Of a stretch of 64,000 nucleotides of DNA, positions 1 through 13,397 are shown one piece after another (position 1 is the first letter of the stretch; every line of letters starts with the position of its first letter). The stretch is from Geosiphon pyriformis uo1 (taxonomy: Eukaryota; Fungi; Glomeromycota): NCBI GenBank assembly GCA_016748015.1, contig JAAOMT010000706.1:637047-701046 (forward strand). The letters run 5' to 3'. The notes under the pieces were generated by a model. It was given only the letters and a program-made list of their open reading frames with translations. It was not told where the DNA came from and searched no databases. A program made the translations under genes and the position numbers.

Positions 1-291
1 ACAAGATTTCTGTAGAAGAGTTGACTTTCACAGCAAAGTAACTATACATTTTAGTGAGCTTCCAGATGAGCAATTCCTGGGAAAGAGTTGACGTTTACTA
101 CAACATAACTACATAAAGTAACTGGCATGGAATTGGCTATTCTACTTATAAGCCCAGCAATTCAAATTATAGGAGATAATTTGAAAATAAATTCAGTTAT
201 TGGAGGTTCAACCACATCCAGAAAACGTGAATTCACAGCAAACAAGCATTGACAACATTTAAGAAAAGAGACCAAAAACCTCCAGTAACAA
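1..291 (+). mobile_element. Fragment of the 5' leader of a Ty3/Gypsy LTR retrotransposon (same family as copies at 13398, 16430, 27618)
   Basis: Two copies of the leader repeat (...tgtagaagagttgactttcacagcaaagtaacta...) followed by aactggcatggaattggctatt...gcattgacaacatt...aaaaacctccagtaaca; aligns by eye with 14020-14330, 17140-17440 and 28315-28685. Confidence 0.8.
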
Positions 292-3200
292 CACTCATTG
301 GCCAAGGCTTTCACTTAGAGCAATTCTAGAGATGTTGAAAAAATGATTAACTTTATTTTAGTGAATGAGAATTTGGCATCTGCTGTGACATCGCATTTTG
401 TCAATGGTGTGTCTAAGTTTTTTGATTCAGATCATAAGTCAGTTTCCGTTTCAATTAATTTGGGTGGGCTGCTAGATACACATCTTATTAGCATTTATAG
501 ACAAGCCAACCAAGACTGGTGGAAGTTCAAATTAAAGAATGCAGATAATGCTCAATAGTTAAGCTTTAAAGACTATTCTTCTGCCAAGTTGTTGACTAAG
601 TCAGATATGTTTGAGAAGGCAAGAGTCAATAGTAACTTGAACACAATGTAGAAAATGTTAGAAGAGACCATAGTACAGACTGTTAACACAGCTTTCTCTA
701 GGATCTGGTATAATGAATACGACTGTTTGAGGAATAAACAATCTTCCAAATTCTTTAAATTAGAGCTGTTTGTTGCAAAGATTGTAAAATGTTGGAAATC
801 TGATAACATTCTGAATTTCAACCACCTTATTAAGGTCTGGTTGGCTGTTGATGCAGTTGAAGCTTCCAAAGTTGATGACATGGTTTTGAACAGTGTGAGC
901 TTAATGGAGTTAATTAAACATTTGTTGGTAATAAGAAAAAGATATCATAAGTCCAAGTATTGTGAGTCTAAGATTGCTGAGAATACTGCTATAAGGAAGG
1001 CAATTGACTATTATATAAAGAACTTCTGTTCTAACAAAAAAAATAATAAAGAGCATTTTAGAATGTTTATTTTACAAGATGGTTTTGAATTACTTGGTAG
1101 TAGATGATAAGCTGGTAATTGAGCCTAATAAAGTAAAGCTTGAGATTGATAAAATTATGGAAGGGTGAACAAGGAAGAGATCAGTTCTTTCCAAAATACC
1201 TGACCTCTGGACTTGACAATATATGCTTCTAAATTATGTGGATAATGATGCTTTTTTTGGTACAATGCATGAAATTAGTATGGAAGAATTGTCTTTGGTT
1301 GTTAATAATCTGCTGAATAATAAAACAGCTAGATTATCAAGAATACTTAATAAACTTTGGAAGCATTGTAGTGGAGAGGTTTTGGCCTGTCTTTTAAAAT
1401 TGTTGAACTTGTATTTAAGTATGAGTGCAGTTTTTAATCTGTGGAAAAAAGCATGAGTTTCAATAATTCTGAAATCTTATGAGTGGAATGGTGTTTTGAC
1501 AAATACTAGACCTATTGCATTAGTCAAAACAGCATGTAAAATACTATTTAAGATCCTATTTGATCAGATATCTTTGGCTTGTAACAAGTTTGATGTTCTT
1601 CATGGTGACAATTTTTTAGTGTTGAAGAGTACTTTAACCCAGTCTCCTATTTTTGTTATTGACTTAGTTATTGAAAATGCTCTAAAAAAAAACAGAGAGC
1701 TTTGGTTGGTGCTATAGGATATGTACAAAGCTTATAATTCAGTAGGCTGGCATCATTTGCAGATGAGCTTGCATTGCATCAAAATGTGTGAACATTTTAT
1801 CCAATTTTTTGGCAACATTCATGAGGACCGGGTCAACAGGATGATGACTAACTTTGGGCTTTCAGATGGTTATAGAGTACATGATGGGTTGGATCAAGGG
1901 GAGGTCTTTTTCCTACTGCTTTGGAGGATATTTTATGATCCACTTTTGTGTGAAGTGAAAAGACATGAGCACTTATGTGGGTATAGAATTGGTTCTAAGT
2001 TTGTAGTAAAGTCTGGCAGGATTGAAGCAAGTGGAAGAAAAACTTTTTTTTTGGCTGCAGACACTTTTGTTGATAATACAATTTGGGTTGAAAGTAGTCA
2101 GACATCTATGCAATATATTTTAAACATTGCAAGTGAATTTTTTGTGATTAATGACATTTCAATTAATAATAATAAGATGGTAGCAATTTTTATTAATCAG
2201 GGAGTTAGGGATGCTTTGTTATTAATCAATGAATTGCCAATTTTGATTGCTAAAAAGGGTGAGTTACACTGATATTTGGGTATCTTCCTGTCAACTGAGA
2301 GTTTTTTTAAGTTCAATTTGGCTCAAGTCCATAAGGATGTCAGGTTTTTTTCTAATATAGTGTTAAAAAAAGCTATTACAAACAAACAATTTTGTTATTT
2401 GGTTTCAGCAGTTTTACAACCCATTATTAGCTATCATACACAGTTCAGTTTTGTTACTTTAGATATGTGTTATAAGTGAGATATCATAATTAGAAAAGGT
2501 CTTAGAGCCAAAGCTGGTTTATCACATAACTTTTCTAGTGAGATTTTACATCATTCTTTTTTATATAGTTTGAAACTCTTTGAGCAAGTACAGTCTAAAG
2601 GAAAGCTGGTGTCACTGATTTCATTTTCTAATGGCCACAGTATTCTTGGACATTTATTTGATCATAGATTTTTGGACTTGCAAGTTCTGGGATGGTCTTT
2701 TCTGAATCTTTTGCAATTTTCTGTTAAGTTGCATGTTAGTTCTGTAAACAATTTTTTGGCAAAGATGGTAAAGATTTTTTTGAAGAATGAATTATCTTTA
2801 GTAAACAATTTACTTTGTGTCTTTTGTGGATCTGGTAATTTTCCAATGTCTGGCATTCTGGGTCAGTCTTTGTATTACAAATCCGTTTTTTCATTGAAGC
2901 ATTTTGGTATTGCTTTTGGTGACAGAATTTTTAACAAAAAAGAAAAAGTGATGGACTGGAAAACATTTCAGCATTAGAAGCAATTGGACCCAAGAGGCCC
3001 TATGCTTTACTAGTTTTCTTTGATGTCTAATTTTATGAACAATACTGTTTCTTTGAGAGTCAGTACTGCTACTGCTACTAAGGATGATGTGCTGAGTGTT
3101 TTGAATTCTAATAGGTTTTTTGAAATTTGTGCTAGTCTATTGGAGGTGTGATCTGATTGTATTGAGATTTATACAGATGAGTTTTTAAGATATGTTGGCT

Positions 3201-4592
3201 CTGTTGAGATGGCAGGTAGAGCAGCTGCATACTTTTCAGCTGTGAATGCAGGGATTGGAATTAAAGTTGCTGGACTTTTGTCCTTTATTTTATCTAAACT
3301 ATAGGCTGTGGTGTTGGCTTTGGAGTGTGTTTTATCTTCATGTTTAGTGGTTTTGTATTTGGATAGTCAATCTGCAATTGATGTCTACATTTCCAAAGCT
3401 TTTTTGATTACACCTGACTTCCATAATCAATATTGGATCAAAAAATTGCAGATAGTTAATCTCTTTAAAGACAAGAATATTTCAATTAAGTGGGTAAAGG
3501 TTAAAGAACATTTAGATGTATTGGGCAATATAAAAGTTAACATGCTGGTTAATGAAACTACTTTCTTATCTCTTTCTTTGCCAGTTAAAATCCAAGAGAG
3601 GTTTTTGGTCACTAAAAAAACTGCTATATCTGGCAATGTTTGTTATTTTGCTCAGGACTTACACCAGTTAATATGCTGTGCTTATTAGAAGACTGGTTTG
3701 GGTTTTGATATAGTTCCGAATATTATGATTAAGAAAATAAATTGGGATGCTACTGTGACAATTTGGCATTCTAATTCACACATGTTTTCTGAGTTCACCA
3801 ATAGAAAGTCAGCCAATTTACATACATATTTGATGAAGGCTGTATATAAGTAACTGCTGGTTGTAGTTAGAAAGAGGTTGTATAACAGAAGTTATCATAA
3901 TGTTTTGTGTTTGCTGTGTAATGAAATGGAGTTTTCTGATCATGTTTTTACTTGTTCTGGTGATTCTGGTCTCTGCAAAGACATTTTGATTAATGCTGCT
4001 GAAAAATAGATGTCAATGTCTGGTTTTTCGAGTTTGTCTCTGTCTGCTATTCTACTTTCATTCTTGTTATGTTCTTCAGATGTGAATCTTTATACAGCAG
4101 TGTGTAAGGGTTTTGTAATGAAAGATTGGTATGCTGAAGCTGTTTTAGTTTTTGAAGGAAAGAAGAAAGCTACTTAGACCCTTGTGGAATATGTCAGATT
4201 TGTGGTGGAGTTGCAGCACACTTGAATATGAACTATTAGAACCAAACATAGAATAGAGATAGAAAAGACTGGCTTGGTTGGGGATAATGATGTAGTTTTT
4301 GGCTTGTCCAGCAGTATAGTTTCTATATTGTTAGCTGGTATTGTCTATATACTTGGTGTTATAGAATCTTTTGCTGTTAGATTTAGTAGGTGCAAATTGT
4401 GTCATTTTTTCTCTGGTTTGGATAGTAATGCTTTTGTTACTATAGGTGTATAGTATTGCTTTGTTTGGCCTGAATGGCTGGCTATATGTAGTCTGTGCAT
4501 GAGCTGTGTTTAGATGGTTCTACTTAGTTTGGTTCTATGTACTAAATAGTGATTGGGCTTCACTTGTAAAACTTATAATAATAATAAAAAAA
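292..4592 (+). mobile_element. 5'-truncated, pseudogenised LINE (non-LTR retrotransposon) ORF2: end of APE endonuclease, RT, RNase H, C-terminal CCHC finger, 3' (TAA)n/poly-A tail
   Basis: APE end (FT*SNSR..MINFILV; SDHKSV). RT motifs TNTRPIAL, GLDQGEV, FVDNT (YADD position). RNase H: IYTDE, LYLDSQSAI, WVKVKEH..GN. CLLCNEMEFSDHVFTC at about 3907-3955. Ends ttataataataataaaaaaa at 4592. Many in-frame stops explained by TGG>TAG/TGA, CGA>TGA, CAG>TAG. Confidence 0.9.
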
Positions 4593-6580
4593 TTATAATA
4601 TTTACAATATTTTAAAAAAATTACTTAAGAAAGTTTTATTAAATTATTTAATAATTGGCAAAAATATTGTTTTAAATTTTTTAAAAATTAAAATAAAATC
4701 ATAATAAATTAAAAATAAAAATACAAAGTTTTGTATTTATATTTAATATTTAATTATCATAATATGTTTTTTATTTAATATTAAAAAAATTTTTTTTTCT
4801 TATATATTTTAAAAACTTTTCTTTTATTTTATATATCTTAAAAACTTTTTATAGTTTAAGAAGTAGTATTTTTATTTAAAAAAAAAATTTTAGTATAAAA
4901 TATTTAGATAATAAAAAACCTTATTTTTAATTAAGTTTTAAAAAAATATTAGAATGTTTTTTAACATAAAAAACAAATTAAGTAATAAAAATAGCAGTAT
5001 TTTTTTATTTAATAATAATTATAAATCTAATAAAAAAAATAAAAGTTTTTTAAGTCTATTTTAAATATTTTAAGACTAAATAGTTTAATATTAATATATT
5101 AATAATTTTTTTTAGACTTTTAAAATGTAATATAAATAAAAATTTAAAATTTTTTTGTTTTTTTTTATTATTTAAACCAATATAAATATAAATACTAAAA
5201 ATTTTTTTGCTTTAAATATTAATTTTTTAATAGTTAAAAAAAATTTATTAAGAAATTGTTTTTAATATAAATAGTTTTGAAAAAATTTTTGTTTTTTCAA
5301 AATTTAGTAAAATTATTTATGTTATGTTTATTTCTGAAAAAATTGTGTTAAAACCATTAATTTTAACTAAAAACAACAATATTATAATAAATTACAAAAT
5401 ATTAGTAAATATTTATTTAAATTAGATTGTAGTCTTAAAAAAATTCTTGTAAAAATATTTGTTAAAATTATACAAAAAATTTAATAACTAATTTTAATAA
5501 TATTATATTAATTAAAATATAATTATTAAATTTATAGCAGAAAATATAAGTGGTTTTCAATAATTATATTTATGTTAACTTTTTAATATTTAAATAATCT
5601 ATCTTAATTGAAAAAAATACAGTCAAAATAATTAGAACAGATATTAATAAATCATAATAAAAGATAAAAAATATGCATAAAACTTTGCTTTATACTTTAT
5701 TTATATAAACAACTATACATAATTTGTAAAATTAATCAATAAAAAAACATATATAATTAATTATTATCTAATTAAATATATATAAATAAAATATGTTTTA
5801 ATTTTAAAGTTAGTTTTTTAACAGCTTTATTTATTATTTTTGTTGTTAAAAATATTAATTTAAAATAAATAATTTTGAATTTGTTTTTGTGTTTAATATA
5901 TAAAAAGTTTAATCATATTATTTTAATTTATAATTTTAATATATTATTAATTTTTAAGTCTAAAACCAGAAATTTTTTTTTGAATACAAATAAATTCAAA
6001 CTATTTGTTATTTATGTTAAAAAAACTGTTTTTATATCTTAGTTAATTTTGTTTAATGACTTGTTTTAGACTTAAATAATTAGTATTAAATACTTTAGTA
6101 AATTTTTTGGTGTGTTTTTTTGTAGTTTTTTTATGTTTAGTGCTGTTGTTGCTTCTTTTTTGCTACAAATAATAACAATAAATATTTATTTAAGTGTTTT
6201 AAAATGCTTTTTAAAGCTATTAACTAATTATATATCTAAAATATTCTGTAAAATAAACATAGTTTTCATGATTTTTTTTTATTTATATTAATTTTTTCTT
6301 TAAAAGTAGATTTATTTAATGTTATTAGTTTAATATAAATGTTAATAATCTAAGTATACTTTTTTTTATCTGTTATTATTAATAGTTTTTTTTAAGTTTT
6401 AGTAAATTTAAGATTTTTATTACTAAAATTAAAATTCTAAATTCTAAAATATTGGTCTTAAAAAACATAATAAATGTGGTTTTTACTAGATTAAATTCTT
6501 GTATTTTGGTTTTTTACTCTCTTTTTTTCTAATAATTAATCTTGTATAAAATTTATAATATGTAATATTATTAATATTAT

Positions 6581-7376
6581 TTTGCAATAAAAGTGAACTT
6601 TTTTACAAAAAAATTTTGTTTGTAAGCTCTTTAATAATATGTACTTTACTATAAAAATTAACTTTTTTACAAAAAATTTTGACTGTAAACTATCTAAGAA
6701 TATAAAAAATAAAATAAAAAATAAAAAAATTTAAACTAAATTAAAGAAAAAAATAAAAAAATATGCTCAAGTTATTTGGAATTCAGACTTAAAAATACTA
6801 ACAGTTTATTAAAATTAATTGCTAATTAATTTTAAAATATTAATTGTAAATATGTAATTTCGAGACAATAATAATCAAAAATTTGGGTTTTTAAAATAAT
6901 TTTATTAAATTACTTTGTAGCAACTAATTGTTTTTCTTGTGAAGATAAAAAATAATTTTAATTAAGATAAATTTACTTAAAAGAAAAGTTTTTCTTTTAT
7001 ACAATTTATTATAATATTATTTTATGATTTAGTACTTTTTTTTTCTAATATTTTGGCAAATTAAAAATATATTTTGTCAAACTACAAGTTATTTTTGTGA
7101 ACTATAAATTATTTTAGTGATTTGTTGAATATTTTATCGAATTTTAAATATTTTAGTAAATTTTAAATGTTATATAGTTCAATATACTATATAATCTAAT
7201 TATTGTAATTTAGTTATATTTGTGTTTTGTACAAATTAGATTATAAATTAAAGATCATTTGGATAATTTAATAAAATAATAAATAATAATTTAAAATAAT
7301 AATATATGGTAATTAATAATAAAAATTATAAAAATAATTTTATGTTAATTAATAGTTCGAATTTCTGTTGATAACA
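6581..7376 (-). mobile_element. Inverted Gypsy fragment: LTR (about 6796-7376) plus start of 5' leader
   Basis: Reverse complement starts tgttatcaacagaaattcgaactatt, like the other LTRs, and continues into the leader repeats (ttagatagtttacagtcaaaattttttgtaaaaaagtt...gagcttacaaac). Confidence 0.8.
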
Positions 7377-8729
7377 GCTTTAATTAATATTAAAATAAAG
7401 TTAAAACCAGTATTAGACTATAAATATTTAACAAATTTAATATAATTTATGTTTTTATCTTAAGTATAAATTCTGGTTTTTGGGTATAAGTATTATAATT
7501 ATCATAAATAATATTTTGGCTAAACATATAGCCAAGATATTAAAAGTTTTAAAATGGCTATTTTTAATTCATTTGTTTTTCAAAAACAATTTTTAGTTTT
7601 AGTTTTTGGACTATATACTGGTGGTTTTGTTAAAATATAGATAAATTAAGTTTTAGCTATTAATTTTTTTATTGTTTAAGCTATGAATAATAATATATTT
7701 ATTATTTTGAATAAAACTTTTAATAAAAATAGTATTTGTTATAGTGTTAGTATAAATAGGTATGATAATTTTAGATTATTTAATTTTTTAGTTAATAGTT
7801 TTTTGGTTAAATTTCTAATATAATACAATTTTTATGAAATTTATTAAATTATTAACTATATTTTTATTATTGAATTTTTATTACTATTATATAAATTATA
7901 GTATGCACAAAGTTTTAAGTTTTTGTTACTAATTTTAAGATTGTTTCTGTGTTTATTAATTTAAAAAGTCAGTTAAATATATAGTTTTTTATGTTGTATA
8001 AATTTGCAAACAGAAATTATTAAATATTTAAGATTAAAAATATTAATACCTTTAAATATAATAGATTTAAAGATTTTTTTTTAAGCTAATTATGAATATT
8101 AGTTCATTATTTGATAATTTTTGTAATTTAAACAGTATGTAATTGGTTCTTAAAAACATTTTGTGCTTATTAACAAATAAAATTTTTAATAAATTATAAG
8201 TTAAAAATACAGAGTTTAATAAAAACAAGCAGTTTTTCAAATTTTATAGATTGGAAGTTTTGGTTCTAAGATTATTAAAGAAATTAAAAAAGAATAAAGC
8301 CTAAAACTTATTTGTTTTTATAAAGACATAACTATCTGTAAATAAAGTTAAGACTTTGCTAATTTATAATATAATTATTAAAAAATCAAGTATAAATAAT
8401 GGTTGTTTTTTTTTGTCTTATATTAGAAAAGACTATAAGTTGGTTAAATATTATAAATTATACTTTATTAAGTCATTTAATATTTGTATAATTATTAAAA
8501 AACATATAAACAATTTTATATCTAATAAAAACAGCATGATTAAGAATATTCTTAAATAATCTTTTTATAAAATTGTTTTTGACTATTTGATCATAGAAGC
8601 TAAACTGGTTTTGGAATCTGATAAAGTTATGATTACAATTAACATAATCATAAAAGATTGGACAAAAAAAAATTGTTTCAGATATTACATATAAATAGTA
8701 GTTAAGTTAATATAATCCTTTGGGTTATA

Positions 8730-10675
8730 CAGTCAGACCTCCATAAAAGAACTCTCGATAAAAAACAACCCTTTACAAAGAACATATTTTTATAGAACCA
8801 ATTGATTAATTAACAATTTTTCCTTTATATAAGAAAAATCTATAAAGGAACAAGAACATAATTTTATCAAACGTTTATTCGAAATTTACCTTCATATAAG
8901 AACAAATATCACGTGCTAGATGTTAATTGGTAATTGGGAAAAGAGTTAGAACGTATTGAATTGATTTCATCCTAACTTTCTTTTAAATCAATTTATATTG
9001 GACTTACTCTTTTTGATCTTGTCTGTTTTCATATAAAGCCACTTAGTCCCAATTCAGGCTTGCTAAAACCAAATATAATATTATTATTATAGGCACATTT
9101 TCTAACAGACTTGCTAAATTATCACAATGTTGGAACCTTTATTCAAAAAACAAAAACAAGCAGCAGTTAATGATGCTCTTTGTAAAGAAATTTGTCAATA
9201 TTCCAAAAATCACTATGGCACGAAACATGATGATATTGTAGCTTACTTCAATCATAAATATCCAGAGCTTCATATTTCTCGTCCAACTGTCTCCAAGATA
9301 ATCAGAAAGCATGCAAAGTGGTTGAATATTGAAATTGATGGAATCTCAGAAAGATCTATTTGACACAAAAGCATTAAATTTCAATTATTAGACCAAGCTT
9401 TAAGTTATTAGGTAGAACAAGTAACTGCAGCCACTATCGAATTCAATGATCAACTAATTAAAGAGAAAGGAAAAAAATTTGCCAAACTTCTTGGTATGCA
9501 CGAAAATGAAATGCAATTCTCAAATGGATGGATTCAAAAATTCAAAAAACGAAACCAGTTACGTGTTTACCGATTTCATGGTGAAGCAGAAAGTGTATCA
9601 ACTAAAAGTTTACCAGAAGAATGAAGAAAATTAAAAACCATTATATCCGAATTTGATTCTGTTGACATATATAACGCTGATGAAACAGGATTATTTTTTC
9701 ATATGGGACCAAATCAAACACTTGCAAAATGTTGAAATTCAGGAAAAAAATTGGTATATTATATTTATCAATTGTTATCGTTCTATATTATTGTTATATT
9801 AAATTAATTGGGTTTTTTATAGGATAAATCTTGGATTACAATTCTTTTTGCTACAAATTCAACTGGATCTCACAAATTGCAACCTTTAGTAATTGGACAT
9901 GCAAAAAATCCAGGATGCTTTAAAGGAATTAATACTTTCAACCTACCTGTGATTTACAAATTCAATTCCAAAGCATGGATGCACTCAGATATATGGAAAG
10001 CATGATTCAAATATATAAATAAAGGCTTTCGAATTCAAAATCGGCATATATTACTTTTGGTTGATAATGCAACTTCTTATCATACTCAAATCGGGAAAGA
10101 TTCATTCCAATTAACCAATATTACTTTGCAATATTTTCTTTCAAATACTACATCACATCTTCAACCAATGGATGCTGGCATTATCAAATCTTTCAAAGGC
10201 AAATATAAGTACTTATATTGTCAACATATTTTATCAATTTGAACAAAAAATTAATATTGAACAGTTAAGTAATATAATATATACAGTATTATTATCATTA
10301 TATATTATATAATTTTATCTAATATTAATTTATTTTTTAGAAATAAATTAAACACAAAACAAGCAATTGATTATGTTGTTCAATCATGGTTTCAAGTAAT
10401 ATCTGTTACAATTCAAAACTGTTGGCAAAAAACGAATATTCTTTTCTATAATTAAGAATTAGAAATTCAAGAATCCGAAACATCAATTGCTGTGGATATA
10501 TTCAACAATTTACCATCAAATACACAAAAATTGGTCAAAAAGGTAATTAGATTTGAAGAGCAATTAGCAGAAGAAAATTTTAGGATAGAAAACCAAAATT
10601 TACTTAGAAAAAAATTATAAAAATACGAAAAAATGAAGGAAAATTCTAAAAAACAGGTAACAATTAATCAATATT

Positions 10676-10713
<38 letters not shown>

Positions 10714-10814
10714 TGATTGATTTAATAATAATTATAAAACTCTATAATAGAACACCTCTAAAATAGAACATAATTTGCATGTCCCAGCTGTGTTCTTTTA
10801 TAGAGGTCTGACTG
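8730..10814 (+). mobile_element. pogo/Tigger-family DNA transposon (Tc1/mariner superfamily), transposase pseudogene about 9127-10620
   Basis: 23-bp TIRs cagtcagacctc(c/t)ataaaagaac (1 mismatch), TA on both sides. CENP-B-type HTH (ISRPTVSKII; FSNGWIQKFKKR) and DDE_1 motifs IYNADETGLF, LLVDNATSYH, TSHLQPMDAGII. Subterminal atanaagaac repeats. Several premature stops. Confidence 0.95.
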
Positions 10815-12277
10815 TATAAATAATAATGTTTTTAATAATATTATAAAAAAAATTAGATAGAATGAATTAATTTTGGTCATAAAAGAACTGTTAAATAACA
10901 AAGCTGCTAGATTTTCTGGAATTTTTAATAAATTATAAAAGAATTGTAATAATTTAGTACTTATTATATTCTTGGTTTTACTAAATACTTGCTTATTAAA
11001 AAAAAATACTTACTAAATAATAAGAAGCTTAGATGTTAATAATTCTTAGGTTTTATAACTGAAATAGAGTTTTCATTAATGTTTACATTATATTAATTAA
11101 AACTAACAAGAAAATTTTGTTTAAAATATTGTTTAATTGTATATTATTTGTTGATAATAAGTTTAATATCTTTTATAATAACAACTTTTCTGTATTCAAA
11201 AATATTTTTACTTAATTTTCTATTTTTGTTATTGGTTTAATTATTGAAATACCTTGAAAAAAAACTGAAAATTATGACTAATTCTATAAAACATATAAAA
11301 AACATATAATTTAATAAATTAGTATTATTTAAGATATAGTTTATTAGTTTTTTTGACAATTTTATTGTAACAGAACCAATAGAATTATAACAGATTTTGA
11401 TTTAACAAAAGAATACAAAATTCATAATAATTTGAATTAAAGCAAAGTATTTTTACTATTGTTTTAAAAAAAAATTTATAATTTTTAATATATAAAACTA
11501 AAAACCAAGTTTTATTTATGTAGATATTAAATAGATTTAAAATTTATAACTAAAACAAATTAAATAAAGATAAAAATTGGTTTTATTTTATTTTTTGTTA
11601 TTAGCATTTTTATGAATAATATTATTTAAATAGATAATTTTTAAGTAATTTTATAATACATATTAAATATAGTCAATAAGTTTTTTTATATATATAATAT
11701 TTTTATTAATTATTAAGTAAAAACTTTTAATTTATACATATGTAAAATGTATATTTTAATTACAAAAAATAGATACATAAATATATAGATATTTTTTTGT
11801 TTATAAATAAAATATCTAAATCTAATTTAAAAAAACACATATAGATATTAAGTTTTTTGCCAATATAATATTAAAAAAAATCATTTTTAATAAACAGTTT
11901 TATATCTGGTTTTAGTTATTTTGTAATCAATTATTATCTATTGTATTTAATTCTGTTTTGTAATTAAATAAGTATATATTAAATAAAACTTAATTATTTA
12001 AAAAAGTTTGAAATCTAAAACCAATTTGCCCAGAAATTTTTTTACTAATATTATATAATAATATTTATTAATATAGATAGAATTCTTAAATAATTATTTA
12101 TTTATTATATAATAGATCTACAGATTATATATTAAATCTTATAATATTTATTTTAATTTTTTATAAGATTGTTTATTAATTTTATAAATAATTTTTTGGT
12201 AATATTATTGACATTTTTTTCAAATGTGATTTGTTTTTAGTTAATAAACTGTTTATAATATTTTGATTAAAAAATAA

Positions 12278-12580
12278 TATTACTTATAAAATAAAGCAAA
12301 ATAATAATAATAAAAAAATATAAACATAAATAATTAATATTAAAATATAAAATTAGAAAAATATATAATATTAAAAATTTTAGAAATACTAGTAAGAATT
12401 TTAGATATTTCAAAATGCCAAAAATTCCAGAAATTTTAGTAATAACTAAAAAAAATTATAGGAATTTAAGGAATTTTGTATTATAAAAATTTATATATAT
12501 ATAATAGATATATTAAAAACAAAAAAAATAAACAAACATAATTAAAAACAAGTTTAGTTTTATTTTTACAAATAACTAAT
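12278..12580 (+). mobile_element. Possible degenerate LTR of a different family
   Basis: LINE homology stops abruptly at tattac (TGTTAC-like), followed by short agaa(a)ttttag repeats and a TATA-like tract. Weak. Confidence 0.3.
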
Positions 12581-12889
12581 CATATTTTTATGTATGCTTC
12601 AAATTTTACTGCTTATAAAAAAATATTATATAATATTAAAATTAAAAATTTTTTTTCTTATTAATTTTTTGTTTACAATAAAACTAATAAAATTTAAAAA
12701 GTTTTAAAGTATATTTATATTAACTATTTTTTCCAATATTAATCCATTTGTAATTATAAAACAGATTAATAATTTGACTAGTTTTGCGAATTTTGGCAAG
12801 ACTAAAGTAAGAAATTATCTTAGTACAAAAAAAAATTGTAAATTATATATTTATACACTAAAAATTCATTGCTAATTCTAATATTATGA

Positions 12890-13397
12890 ATTCCTTGGCT
12901 AGATTTCTAATTATAAATGTGCTTGAAAATAGTGATGTTAGTAGATATTGTTTTTAGAATAGTAAAGTAAAGAGTAAGAGAAATAGTATTAATAATTTGT
13001 CTAATGTGAATAATTTAAAGAATACAATAATAATAAAAACCAGTTTTATAGATTTCAACAGTTTCAGTGATAGCAAATACATAGATAAAGCAACATCTAA
13101 AAGAACTTATACTCAGTTCTACAATTTGAAAAATTTCTCAAAAAATTGGTATTTAAAAACTTTGGTAATAAAAGATTCCTGTTTTTTTTAGCTTTTTTTT
13201 TAATTAATTCCATTTTTAACCTATTATAGATATCAAAAAAAAACATGCTTTGATCTAGTCAAATTTTTTACTCTAAATATTAACTTTAACATAATGTCTA
13301 ATAAAACTTTAAATTATAAACTTAGGTGTATTAGAAAATTGTTCTACAGAACTAATAATTTTGGAGAAGCTTCTATTTTTTCAAAATTTCAGAACAT
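12890..13397 (+). mobile_element. Third LINE fragment (ORF1 N-terminal part), truncated by a Gypsy insertion
   Basis: Reads KFFTLNINF...IRKLFYRTNNFGEASIFSKF, matching the ORF1 relic at about 5200-5320; ends at the LTR start 13398. Confidence 0.65.

Larger units (their letters stand above)
4600..12277 (+). mobile_element. Second, extremely AT-eroded LINE (ORF1 + APE + RT), interrupted by a Gypsy LTR fragment and a pogo element
   Basis: Residual ORF1 motifs (FFALNINF at about 5200; TLLYTL..TT.HNL at about 5685). ORF2 start LV*KF..CN at about 6540. APE motif FGLYTG at about 7605. The RT region 10817-12277 aligns by eye with 1230-2850 of the first LINE, and the reading PLGY|INNNVF is restored across the pogo insertion. 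Confidence 0.7.
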
